64,000 nt of DNA from Caulobacteraceae bacterium. Lineage in GTDB: Bacteria; Pseudomonadota; Alphaproteobacteria; Caulobacterales; Caulobacteraceae. The notes under the pieces are model-generated. The model worked only from the letters and a program-made list of their open reading frames with translations. It was not told the origin of the DNA and made no database searches. The stretch lies in NCBI GenBank assembly GCA_035551675.1, contig DASZMV010000068.1, positions 5,675-69,674 of the forward strand, given 5' to 3'. The position numbers were made by a program, and so were the translations under genes. Below, piece after piece: positions 56,737 through 64,000 of this stretch. Position 1 is the stretch's first letter. Every line of letters starts with the position of its first letter.

Positions 56737-57001
56737 GGACCGACCTCTAGGACCCTGGATTTTGCGGAGCGGCGGGACGCCTTATGCGCCGGGCTTTTCC
56801 GGCCAGGATTAATGAAGAACTGTCATCCTTAAGAGACTCTTACTTCGGTAGCGTGAGTCGACGTTTTTGAGGGGGTTTTGTTAACCGTAACGTCCGTGTT
56901 CTGTGGATGTTCACGGTCAGTCGACGCCATGACTGTCACAGGCCGCTGGCGTTGCTATGATTCGCCTGCGACACAAGGCGCGCGAGCCCAGGACTGAAGT
57001 C

Positions 57002-57601
57002 GTGTGCAACAACTACGGTCACGACGTTCCCTACCGTCGCTACCTCGACGAGACGCTGGCGCTGAATCTCAGCCTGATCTTCCCGCGCGGGGCGCCCAAC
57101 CTCGAGCCGCTGGACAACATCCGCCCCACTGACCGCGCGCCGATCATCAAGGGTCGCGACGACGGCTCGGGCGAGTTCGACGAGCTGCGCTGGGGCTTCC
57201 CGCCGTCGAAACCGAAGGCGGGGCCTGTGATCAACTTCCGCTCCGACGGCCGCGTGTTCAAAGGCGGCCGGTGCCTCGTCCCCGCATCGTGCTTCTACGA
57301 GTTCACCGGAAGCAAATATCCCAAGACCAAGTGGCGCTTCACCGTCCGCGGCGACGACTGGTTCTGCATGGCCGGGCTGTGGCGCCAGGTCGAACTGAAG
57401 GACGGCCCCGGCGAAGCCTTCACCATCCTCACCTGCCCGCCCGGCCCCGACCTTGAGCCGTTCCACGACCGCCAGGTGGTGGTGCTCCCCCGCGCCCGCT
57501 GGAGCGAATGGCTCGACACGTCGAAGCCGGTGTCGGGCGACACGTTCGAACCCGCGCCGGAGGGCACGTTCGAGGTCGAGGAAGTGAAGAAGGCCGGTTG
57601 A
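57002..57601 (+). CDS. SOS-response-associated peptidase (SRAP / YedK, DUF159)
   Basis: The start is reassigned to the GTG at 57002 so that the protein begins M-C-N-N-Y. The invariant Cys2 nucleophile of SRAP proteins must follow the initiator Met. Also contains IRPTD, LRWGF, CLVPASCFYEF and MAGLW. Confidence 0.8.
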   Translation: MCNNYGHDVPYRRYLDETLALNLSLIFPRGAPNLEPLDNIRPTDRAPIIKGRDDGSGEFDELRWGFPPSKPKAGPVINFRSDGRVFKGGRCLVPASCFYEFTGSKYPKTKWRFTVRGDDWFCMAGLWRQVELKDGPGEAFTILTCPPGPDLEPFHDRQVVVLPRARWSEWLDTSKPVSGDTFEPAPEGTFEVEEVKKAG

Positions 57602-57604
57602 CGG

Positions 57605-58087
57605 CTATTCACACGGCGGCGCCTTGCAGGCCGTTTGCCAATCGATCTTGAGCACGCGGCTGAACGACGGCAGGTTCTCTTGCTTCTTCAGGCGCTCGAA
57701 GTCCGTCGCCGGCATCGGTCCGCGGATAGCGCTCGGCCCTTCGACCGGTCCGTCGAAGCGACGGTCGAGAATGAAATAGTCGATCTTGGACCGGTCCGCC
57801 GAGGCATAGACGCCGGGCCCGTTCGGCGGGTGGCGCGCGGCGACGACCCAGAGCTTGTCGAAGCCGACCTTGTACACCGTGCCATCGACGCGGGAGACGC
57901 AGGTCTTGGGCCCCGTCTGATAACAGATCGCCATGTCCTCAGACCGGTTTTCGGCGACGAGCCGGTAAGGCCCGTCGAGGACCTCGTAGTGCTCCACGTC
58001 GTCACAACCGGCCAAGGCCGCGGCGCAGAGCAGTGCTGCAGGCCCCGCAAGCAGCCAGCCGACGACGATCGTGGTCGGGAAGCGCAT
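57605..58087 (-). CDS. Hypothetical lipoprotein
   Basis: Lipobox (AALAGC). 160 aa with no recognised motif. Confidence 0.5.
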   Translation of the reverse strand: MRFPTTIVVGWLLAGPAALLCAAALAGCDDVEHYEVLDGPYRLVAENRSEDMAICYQTGPKTCVSRVDGTVYKVGFDKLWVVAARHPPNGPGVYASADRSKIDYFILDRRFDGPVEGPSAIRGPMPATDFERLKKQENLPSFSRVLKIDWQTACKAPPCE

Positions 58088-58193
58088 CGCCCCCTCCGTA
58101 TCTATGCTCGTAGTTTTTATAAACTACACGCGTAGTTCCAGCGGTCAAGCCGAGCGGATGTCCGTTGGGGAAGCAGAGCTAACCACATCAATT

Positions 58194-58638
58194 TCCGTCA
58201 CCCTCGGGCTTGTCCCGAGGGCCCATCGGTCCTCAAGCTCCCCCAGTGGAAGAGAAGCGCCCGTTCATCGCGGTCTACATCGTGACCAACAAACCGTACG
58301 GCACGCTGTATGTCGGCGTGACGAGCAACCTGTACCGGCGCATCTACGAACACCGAGAAGGGATGGTCCCTGGCTTCACCAAGACCCACGGCCTGAAGCG
58401 TCTCGTCTGGTTCCAGGGATTCGAGTTCGTGACCGAAGCCATCGCTAAGGAGAAGCTTCTCAAGCGCGATGTGCGCGACTGGAAAATCAACCTGATCGAG
58501 CGGTACAATCCGCGGTGGGACGACCTCTATGACGAGCTGATGCGCGACCCTGTTTGGGAATGGAAGCACGACCCGAAATAGCCGGCTGCGGAGCGTGAGG
58601 CCGGCATGGGCCCTCGGGACAAGCCCGAGGGTGACGGA
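58194..58638. mobile_element. GIY-YIG gene cassette bounded by perfect 32-bp inverted repeats
   Basis: Sequence 58194-58225 (tccgtcaccctcgggcttgtcccgagggccca) is the exact reverse complement of 58607-58638. Each arm is itself a hairpin (ccctcggg-cttgt-cccgaggg). No transposase is present, so mobility is an inference. Confidence 0.5.
58246..58581 (+). CDS. GIY-YIG nuclease-superfamily protein (COG2827/UPF0213-like)
   Basis: Contains FIAVYIVTNKPYGTLYVGVTSNLYRRIYEHREG, GFTKTHGLKRLVWFQGFEF and AIAKEKLLKRDVRDWKINLIERYNPRWDDL. The start is taken at the GTG at 58246; the track start at 58210 lies inside the left repeat. Confidence 0.8.
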   Translation: MEEKRPFIAVYIVTNKPYGTLYVGVTSNLYRRIYEHREGMVPGFTKTHGLKRLVWFQGFEFVTEAIAKEKLLKRDVRDWKINLIERYNPRWDDLYDELMRDPVWEWKHDPK

Positions 58639-58656
58639 GATATTTTAGCGTTCGCC

Positions 58657-59985
58657 TTACAAATTCTCGCTCAGCCAACCCGCGACGCGGCCGACCACGC
58701 TCGAGCGGGCGCCCGGGTTGGGGGCACGGGACGAACCGCTGGTAGCGACGGCTTCGCGGGGGCCGTAGGCGGCGCGCAGCAGGACGCCGGCGGCGGCGCA
58801 GAAGGCCGGGCCCGAGGCGGCGTCGGCCAGGTGCGGCGCGCGCTTGGGCTTGCCCAGGCGCACCGGCCGGTCGAACACACGCACCGCCAGTTCGCGCACG
58901 CCGGCCAGTTGGCTGGCGCCGCCGGTGAGCACGATGCCGGCGCCGGGCTCCATCGGCGCCTCGGAAGCGCGCAGGCGTTCGCGCACCAGTTCGAGCGTCT
59001 CTTCCACGCGCGGCGCGATGACGTTCTTCAGGATTGAGCGCTGCACCACGATCGGCCCGGCACCCGGATCGTCGCCGCGCGGCGGCGCCTCGACGGTTTC
59101 GCGGTCTTCGTTGGCCGAGGCGATGGCGGAGCCGTGCAGGGTCTTGATCCGTTCGGCGCCGGCGATCGAGGTCGACAGCCCGCGCGCGATGTCGGCGGTG
59201 ACGTGGCCGCCGCCGACCGCCAGCGAGTCCACGTGCACCAGCGAGCCGCCGGAGAATACCGCCGAGGAGGTCGAGCCCGCGCCCATGTCGATGCAGATGC
59301 AGCCGAGCTCCATCTCGTCATCCTCGAGGGCGGCGAGCGCCGAGGCGAAGGGCGCGGCGACCACGCCCTGCAGCTGGACGTGCGCTAATTCCAGGCAATG
59401 ACCAAGCGTCTGGAACGCCCCGTCCGCCATCGACACCACCAGCAGTTCGAGGCCGAGCACGCGGCCGTAGATCGAGCGCGGATCCGCCACGCCGCGCTGG
59501 CCGTCCACCGACCACGACACAGGCAAGAGATGGATCGGGCGGCGATTGGCGTAGCGCACCTGCGACAGCGCCGCGGAGATCGCGCGCGCCAGATCCTGGT
59601 CGCTGATCGGACGCGAACCCAGCGACACCTGCGCCGACACGCGGTGGCTGGCGAGCTGGCCCGCGGCGGTGACCGCGGTGACGTGATGGATCGGCTGGCC
59701 CGCCATGACCTCTGCGCGTTCGATCGCCTGGGCAAGCGCTTGGGACGCTTCTTCCATGTCGACGATGACGCCTCCCTTGACGCCGCGCGACTGGACATAG
59801 CCCACGCCCGCCACGCGCACGGTCTGGTCGGCGCGGCGCACACCGTCGGGCTTCATGATGAAGCAGCCGATCTTGGACGCGCCGATGTCGACCGCCGCCA
59901 CCACGGGCGTGCGGCCGCCCAGGCCTGACTTGCCAAGGCCGGTCTTGTTATCTCTCGCCCCGCGCCGATCCTCGAGCCGCGACAT
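58657..59985 (-). CDS. ftsA: Cell-division protein FtsA
   Basis: 442 aa, actin-like ATPase. Contains AAVDIGASKIGC, IDMGAGSTS and LTGGASQL. Confidence 0.93.
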   Translation of the reverse strand: MSRLEDRRGARDNKTGLGKSGLGGRTPVVAAVDIGASKIGCFIMKPDGVRRADQTVRVAGVGYVQSRGVKGGVIVDMEEASQALAQAIERAEVMAGQPIHHVTAVTAAGQLASHRVSAQVSLGSRPISDQDLARAISAALSQVRYANRRPIHLLPVSWSVDGQRGVADPRSIYGRVLGLELLVVSMADGAFQTLGHCLELAHVQLQGVVAAPFASALAALEDDEMELGCICIDMGAGSTSSAVFSGGSLVHVDSLAVGGGHVTADIARGLSTSIAGAERIKTLHGSAIASANEDRETVEAPPRGDDPGAGPIVVQRSILKNVIAPRVEETLELVRERLRASEAPMEPGAGIVLTGGASQLAGVRELAVRVFDRPVRLGKPKRAPHLADAASGPAFCAAAGVLLRAAYGPREAVATSGSSRAPNPGARSSVVGRVAGWLSENL

Positions 59986-60008
59986 TTCTTAAGCCCCCAA
60001 ACCCAAAT

Positions 60009-60968
60009 CTAGTTCGCCGGCGCGACCGGCGAGGTTTCCTGTGTTGTGTCCGCAGCCCCCTGCGGCGTGGTTGTCTGCGCGGCGACGCTGGTATCGCGGC
60101 GTCGCACCGTGATCATCTCGGGATCGCGCAGGTCGATGCGCGCAAAACCCAGCTCGAGCAGGCGATCCTTCTGCTCCAGCTGGTCGAGCTGGATCAGCGC
60201 CGAATCCTCCTTCGACGCCGGCAGATTGATCAGGCTGCCGTCCTTCAGACGCAGGTCCCAGCGCCGGTCGTCGACGCGCACCAGGGCGAGCATTCGGTAC
60301 ATCAACAGCGGACGCTGGCGCAGCAGCGGCAGGATCTCGCCTGCGTTGTCGTTGGCCCCCTCGCCCACCACCAGCGGCAGGTCGGCGAAGCGCGCCGGAT
60401 CGGCTTCGGGGATCGGCTGGCCGGTGGTGTCGATCACCACCGTGCGTCCCGCGTGCTGCCAAACCGCGAGCCGCTCGCGCTCGGTCACTGAAATCACCAA
60501 TGTGTCGGGCAGCAAGCGCAGCACCTTGGCGTCGCGCACCCAACCCACGCTCTCGACCTTCTTGCGCACCTCGTTCAGGTCCATGCCGGTCAGGGCTTCG
60601 CCGCGCGAAAGTTTCAGCTTCGCCTTGATCGCGGCCAGCGCGATGGGCGAGGCGCCTTCGACGTGCACCCGCTCCAGCCCGAAGCCCATGGCGACCATGC
60701 GGTCATCGACAAAGCCGCTGAACGCATGGCCCAGCGCTTCCGCGCGGCCGCCGGTGAACAGGATCACGCCGCCGACGAGCGCGAGCGTGATCAGCGCGAA
60801 CGCGCCGGTCGCCATCGACGACAGGCCGATGCGGTTCAAGGCGTGCAGCTTGCCGGCCTCGCCCCACGCGCCGTCCTGGCTCTTGGTCCTGCGAGAGGCT
60901 TTTTTCGCCGGCTTCTTCGGCGCGGGTTTCGAACTCTGTCGTCTACCGCCCCGCACTACCGCGGGCAT
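60009..60968 (-). CDS. ftsQ: Cell-division protein FtsQ
   Basis: Basic N-terminus, a single TM ([16 protein letters not shown]), and POTRA/FtsQ domains. Lies between ddl and ftsA. 60989 is an alternative start. Confidence 0.88.
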   Translation of the reverse strand: MPAVVRGGRRQSSKPAPKKPAKKASRRTKSQDGAWGEAGKLHALNRIGLSSMATGAFALITLALVGGVILFTGGRAEALGHAFSGFVDDRMVAMGFGLERVHVEGASPIALAAIKAKLKLSRGEALTGMDLNEVRKKVESVGWVRDAKVLRLLPDTLVISVTERERLAVWQHAGRTVVIDTTGQPIPEADPARFADLPLVVGEGANDNAGEILPLLRQRPLLMYRMLALVRVDDRRWDLRLKDGSLINLPASKEDSALIQLDQLEQKDRLLELGFARIDLRDPEMITVRRRDTSVAAQTTTPQGAADTTQETSPVAPAN

Positions 60969-61882
60969 GAGGCGTCCTCCACGATCCACCTGACAAGGTC
61001 ATCAAAGCCCATGCCCGTGTACGCCGCCTGCTCGGGTGCGAGCGAAGTCGGCGTCATCCCCGGTTGGGTGTTGACCTCTAGGAGGACCAGGACGTCCTTA
61101 ACATCGTCATAACGGAAGTCGCTTCGGGTAAGACCGCGGCAACCTAAAGCGACGTGCGCGCGGAGCGCCAGACGCAGGCAAGCCTCGGTAATGTGTGAGG
61201 GAACCGGTGCGGGAATGACGTGACGGCTGCCGCCCTCGCCGTATTTCGCTTCATAATCGTAAAAGCCCGTCGCCGCGGTGATCTCGGTCACCGCCAGCGC
61301 GTGATCGCCCAAGACCGCCGACGTTAACTCCTTGCCGGCGATGAACGGCTCGACCATCACCTGTTCGCCGAACGTCCAGCTCTCGGCGGCGACGTCCTGC
61401 GGCGGCGTGTTGGCGCCTTCGCGAATGATGAACACGCCCACGGACGACCCTTCGGCGTTCGGCTTCACGACATACGGCGGTTCGATCACGTGACGACGCG
61501 CGACCTCGTGGCGGTCGAACAGGCCTCCGCCCGGCACGTCCACGCCGGCCGCCGCCAACACCGACTTGGCCTTCGCCTTGTCCATGGCCAGGGCCGAGGC
61601 CAGCACGCCCGAGTGGGTGTAGGGAATCTGCAGGGTCTCCAGGATGCCTTGGACGCAGCCGTCCTCGCCCCAGACGCCGTGCAGGGCGTTGAACGCCACG
61701 TCCGGCTTCACGCGCGCCAGCACCTCGGCCAGGTCGCGCCCCGCATCCACGCGCGTGACCTTGGCGCCCAGCCGTTCCAGCGCGTCCGCCGCCTCGCGGC
61801 CGGAGACCAGCGACACCTCCCGTTCGGGAGAAAGCCCGCCCAGGAGAACGGCGACGTGACGATCGGCGAGCGGCTTGGTCAT
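60956..61882 (-). CDS. ddl: D-alanine--D-alanine ligase
   Basis: 308 aa. Contains [31 protein letters not shown] and EVNTQPGMT. Confidence 0.93.
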   Translation of the reverse strand: MTKPLADRHVAVLLGGLSPEREVSLVSGREAADALERLGAKVTRVDAGRDLAEVLARVKPDVAFNALHGVWGEDGCVQGILETLQIPYTHSGVLASALAMDKAKAKSVLAAAGVDVPGGGLFDRHEVARRHVIEPPYVVKPNAEGSSVGVFIIREGANTPPQDVAAESWTFGEQVMVEPFIAGKELTSAVLGDHALAVTEITAATGFYDYEAKYGEGGSRHVIPAPVPSHITEACLRLALRAHVALGCRGLTRSDFRYDDVKDVLVLLEVNTQPGMTPTSLAPEQAAYTGMGFDDLVRWIVEDASCPR

Positions 61883-61973
61883 GGGGGAGGCGTCCGGTCT
61901 GATTGCGTTCAGGCTCTAGCGTTTGGCGCGCGCGCGGGGAAGCCGTCCAAATCCTAACCGGAGCTTAACCGCC

Positions 61974-62270
61974 ATGAACGAGCATGGCCTCGAACCGGAA
62001 GGGTCCTGCAAAATGCAGGTGGTGAACGGCTACGTCTGTCAGAGCTGTTCGGACGTGTCCCTGGCGCACCAGGGCGTCGACCCCGCGCATCCGGAAGACA
62101 ACCCCAAGAGTCCCAAGTACGACCCCCAGGCGGCGGCGACGCGCAACGACCCGGCGGTGCGTTTCGGCGGCGCGCTGGCGGGCCTGGAAGGCGCGTTCGA
62201 CACGGGCGCCAACGGCTCGTCGACCCAACGGCCGCCGCAAGACGGCGACCGGGTGAATTTGACGACGTAG
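61974..62270 (+). CDS. Small hypothetical protein with CxxC motif
   Basis: 98 aa, or 85 aa if it starts at the ATG at 62013 (MQVVNGYVCQSCSDV...). High GC3. Oriented opposite to the dcw genes, between ddl and murB. Confidence 0.5.
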   Translation: MNEHGLEPEGSCKMQVVNGYVCQSCSDVSLAHQGVDPAHPEDNPKSPKYDPQAAATRNDPAVRFGGALAGLEGAFDTGANGSSTQRPPQDGDRVNLTT

Positions 62271-62288
62271 GACGTCCCGCTTCGCAAT

Positions 62289-62488
62289 TCCTCCCCCGAG
62301 CGCGCAGCGCTCGCAGGGGAGGGGGACCGCCGAAGGCGGTGGAGGGGCCAGCGCCGACGCACGAAGGTGTTCTCCCACACGTTCACCGTCTCGATGCCTT
62401 CGCCCCGCTAATCACTGACCCTCAGCGCCGGCCCCACCACCACGCGACGCGTGGTCCCCCTCCCCTACGCGCTGCGCGCGGGGGAGGA
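62289..62488. repeat. MITE/REP-like element: two diverged ~55-bp composite hairpin modules in inverted orientation
   Basis: The left module spans 62289-62347 and the right module spans 62436-62488. Each has a cctcccc...ggggagg hairpin and an adjacent short GC hairpin (accgcc-gaa-ggcggt / ccacgcg-a-cgcgtgg). About 88 bp separates them. Confidence 0.65.
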
Positions 62489-63415
62489 ACTCGAGGATGC
62501 GTCATTCGCGCGCCCGATCCGTTTGATTTCCCACTCCAGCTCCACGCCGAACTTCGCCTTCACGTCGGCGCGGACGGTGTCGCCGAGGCCTTCGAGGTCG
62601 GCAGCGGTGGCCTCGCCGGTGTTGATCAGGAAGTTGGCGTGCAGTTCGGAGAACTTGGCGCCGCCGTAGAGTTTGCCGCGCCAACCGGCCGCGTCCACCA
62701 GCCGCCACGAACTGTCGCCGGGCGGATTCTTGAAGGTCGAGCCGCCGGTCTTTTCGCGGATCGGCTGGGTGCTTTCGCGGCGCGTCGTGATCGCTTCCAT
62801 GCGCGCCTTCACCGCATCCGGATCGTCGCGCGTACCCTGAAACACGGCCTCGGTCCAGACGATGTCGCCAGGCGCATGGCTCTTGCGATACTCGTAGGCA
62901 AAGTCGGCCAGCGACAGTTCACGCTTGGCGCCGTTGCGGTCAACGCCGCGCGCGGAGACCAGAATGTCCTTGGTCTCGCCGCCGTAGCACCCCGCGTTCA
63001 TCACCAGGGCGCCGCCGACGGTCCCAGGAATGCCCGCATAGAATTCCAGCCCCGCGATCCCGGCGTTGGCCGCCGCCCGCGCCACCGCCGCGTCGAGCGA
63101 GGCCGCGCCGGCGGTTACGCGCTGAGTCTCCGCATCCGCGGTCACCGCGCCGAACGCGCGGCCCGCAAGCCGGATCACCACACCCTCAACGCCGCCGTCG
63201 CGCACGATGGTGTTGGAGCCGACGCCGAGCACGGTAACCGGAACGTCGTGCGGCAAGGCATTCAGAAAATCTCCGAGATCGTCGGCATCCGCCGGCATGA
63301 ACAAGAGTTCCGCCGCGCCGCCCACCCGCAGCCAGGTGAACGGCCCGAGCTCGGCATCGCGCAGCAGTTTGCCGCGCACAGACGGAAGATCGTCTCTCCA
63401 GTCTTTCGTTATCAT
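62465..63415 (-). CDS. murB: UDP-N-acetylenolpyruvoylglucosamine reductase MurB
   Basis: Start at the ATG at 63415 ([33 protein letters not shown]). Contains [21 protein letters not shown] and the C-terminal LEWEIKRIG. The last 7 codons and the stop lie inside the repeat element. Confidence 0.92.
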   Translation of the reverse strand: MITKDWRDDLPSVRGKLLRDAELGPFTWLRVGGAAELLFMPADADDLGDFLNALPHDVPVTVLGVGSNTIVRDGGVEGVVIRLAGRAFGAVTADAETQRVTAGAASLDAAVARAAANAGIAGLEFYAGIPGTVGGALVMNAGCYGGETKDILVSARGVDRNGAKRELSLADFAYEYRKSHAPGDIVWTEAVFQGTRDDPDAVKARMEAITTRRESTQPIREKTGGSTFKNPPGDSSWRLVDAAGWRGKLYGGAKFSELHANFLINTGEATAADLEGLGDTVRADVKAKFGVELEWEIKRIGRANDASSSSSPARSA

Positions 63416-63420
63416 GACGC

Positions 63421-64000
63421 TCAAGCGGCGCGCCCCTTCAACGCTTCGAGCTGATCCGGAAGCGCATAGGCCCATTGGGTGATATCGCCGGCGCCCAGGC
63501 ACACCACAAGGTCGCCGCGCTCAGCCTCTTCCGCGATCACCGAGGCCAGCGTCTGCGGGCCTTCCAGCGCCAGCACACGGCGATGGCCGTAACGCCGGAC
63601 GCCTTCGACCAGGGCATCTTTGTCGACGCCTTCGATCGGCGCTTCACCCGCGGCATAGACGTCGGCGACGATCACCGTGTCGGCATCGTTGAAACAAGCC
63701 GAGAACTCGGCCATCAGGTCGCGCAGGCGCGTGTAGCGGTGCGGCTGCACCACCGCGACCACCTTGCCCGAGGTCACCTGACGCGCCGCCTTCAGCACGG
63801 CGGCGATCTCCACCGGATGGTGGCCGTAGTCGTCGATGATGCGCACGCCGCCGGCGACGCCCGCGGTGGTGAACCGCCGCCGCACGCCGTCGAAAGCGGC
63901 AAGACCTTCGCGGATCGCGGTCTCCGGCACGCCGAGCTCGCGCGCCACGGCGATGGCGGCCAAGGCGTTGGAAACGTTGTGCCATCCGGGCATCGGCAGG
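63421..64000 (-). CDS. murC: UDP-N-acetylmuramate--L-alanine ligase MurC, C-terminal part (5' end beyond the window)
   Basis: Contains [20 protein letters not shown] and [15 protein letters not shown]. The ORF is open to the window edge. Confidence 0.9.
   Translation of the reverse strand, partial: LPMPGWHNVSNALAAIAVARELGVPETAIREGLAAFDGVRRRFTTAGVAGGVRIIDDYGHHPVEIAAVLKAARQVTSGKVVAVVQPHRYTRLRDLMAEFSACFNDADTVIVADVYAAGEAPIEGVDKDALVEGVRRYGHRRVLALEGPQTLASVIAEEAERGDLVVCLGAGDITQWAYALPDQLEALKGRAA

Overview
High-GC window (about two-thirds G+C by eye) that looks like core chromosome of a Caulobacterales-type alphaproteobacterium. The lineage call rests on a SpmX-like lysozyme/Pro-rich/2-TM protein, an FtsZ with a very long C-terminal linker, a CckA-like hybrid kinase, ParDE, and flagellar export and rod genes.

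Recognisable blocks, in order:
1. 5'-truncated TPR-CHAT protein, a DUF805 protein, and parDE.
2. CckA-like hybrid histidine kinase, a Crp/Fnr regulator, and a periplasmic His-rich pair (EF-hand and LTXXQ proteins).
3. Two S9 peptidases.
4. Flagellar type III export and proximal rod cluster (flhB-fliR-fliQ, fliE-flgC-flgB, fliO-fliP). It contains two 2OG-Fe(II) oxygenases and an uncharacterised polytopic membrane protein.
5. ivd and a spmX-like gene.
6. A tight six-gene beta-oxidation-type operon, then a TetR gene, a CocE/NonD hydrolase and a TonB-dependent receptor. A shared palindromic operator links the TetR/hydrolase intergenic region to the receptor promoter.
7. tRNA-Leu(GAG), an orphan FliN-like gene, lipB, three tandem DUF805 genes, an MFS transporter and pccA.
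8. S41-like peptidase, GlcG-like protein, msrB and a DUF4349 protein.
9. recN-bamD-lpxC, a second hybrid kinase, ftsZ, and then ftsA-ftsQ-ddl-murB-murC (murC 3' partial). The ftsA-ftsZ interval is interrupted by three genes, one of them an inverted-repeat-flanked GIY-YIG cassette.

No CRISPR array, rRNA, transposase or integrase was seen. Many long ORFs in the track are antisense shadow ORFs typical of high-GC DNA and are not reported.

The candidates I consider most worth follow-up are the operator-linked uptake/hydrolysis/beta-oxidation island, the oxygenases and membrane protein wired into the flagellar export operons, and several structured repeat elements. All family assignments come from motif recognition by eye; no database search was possible.
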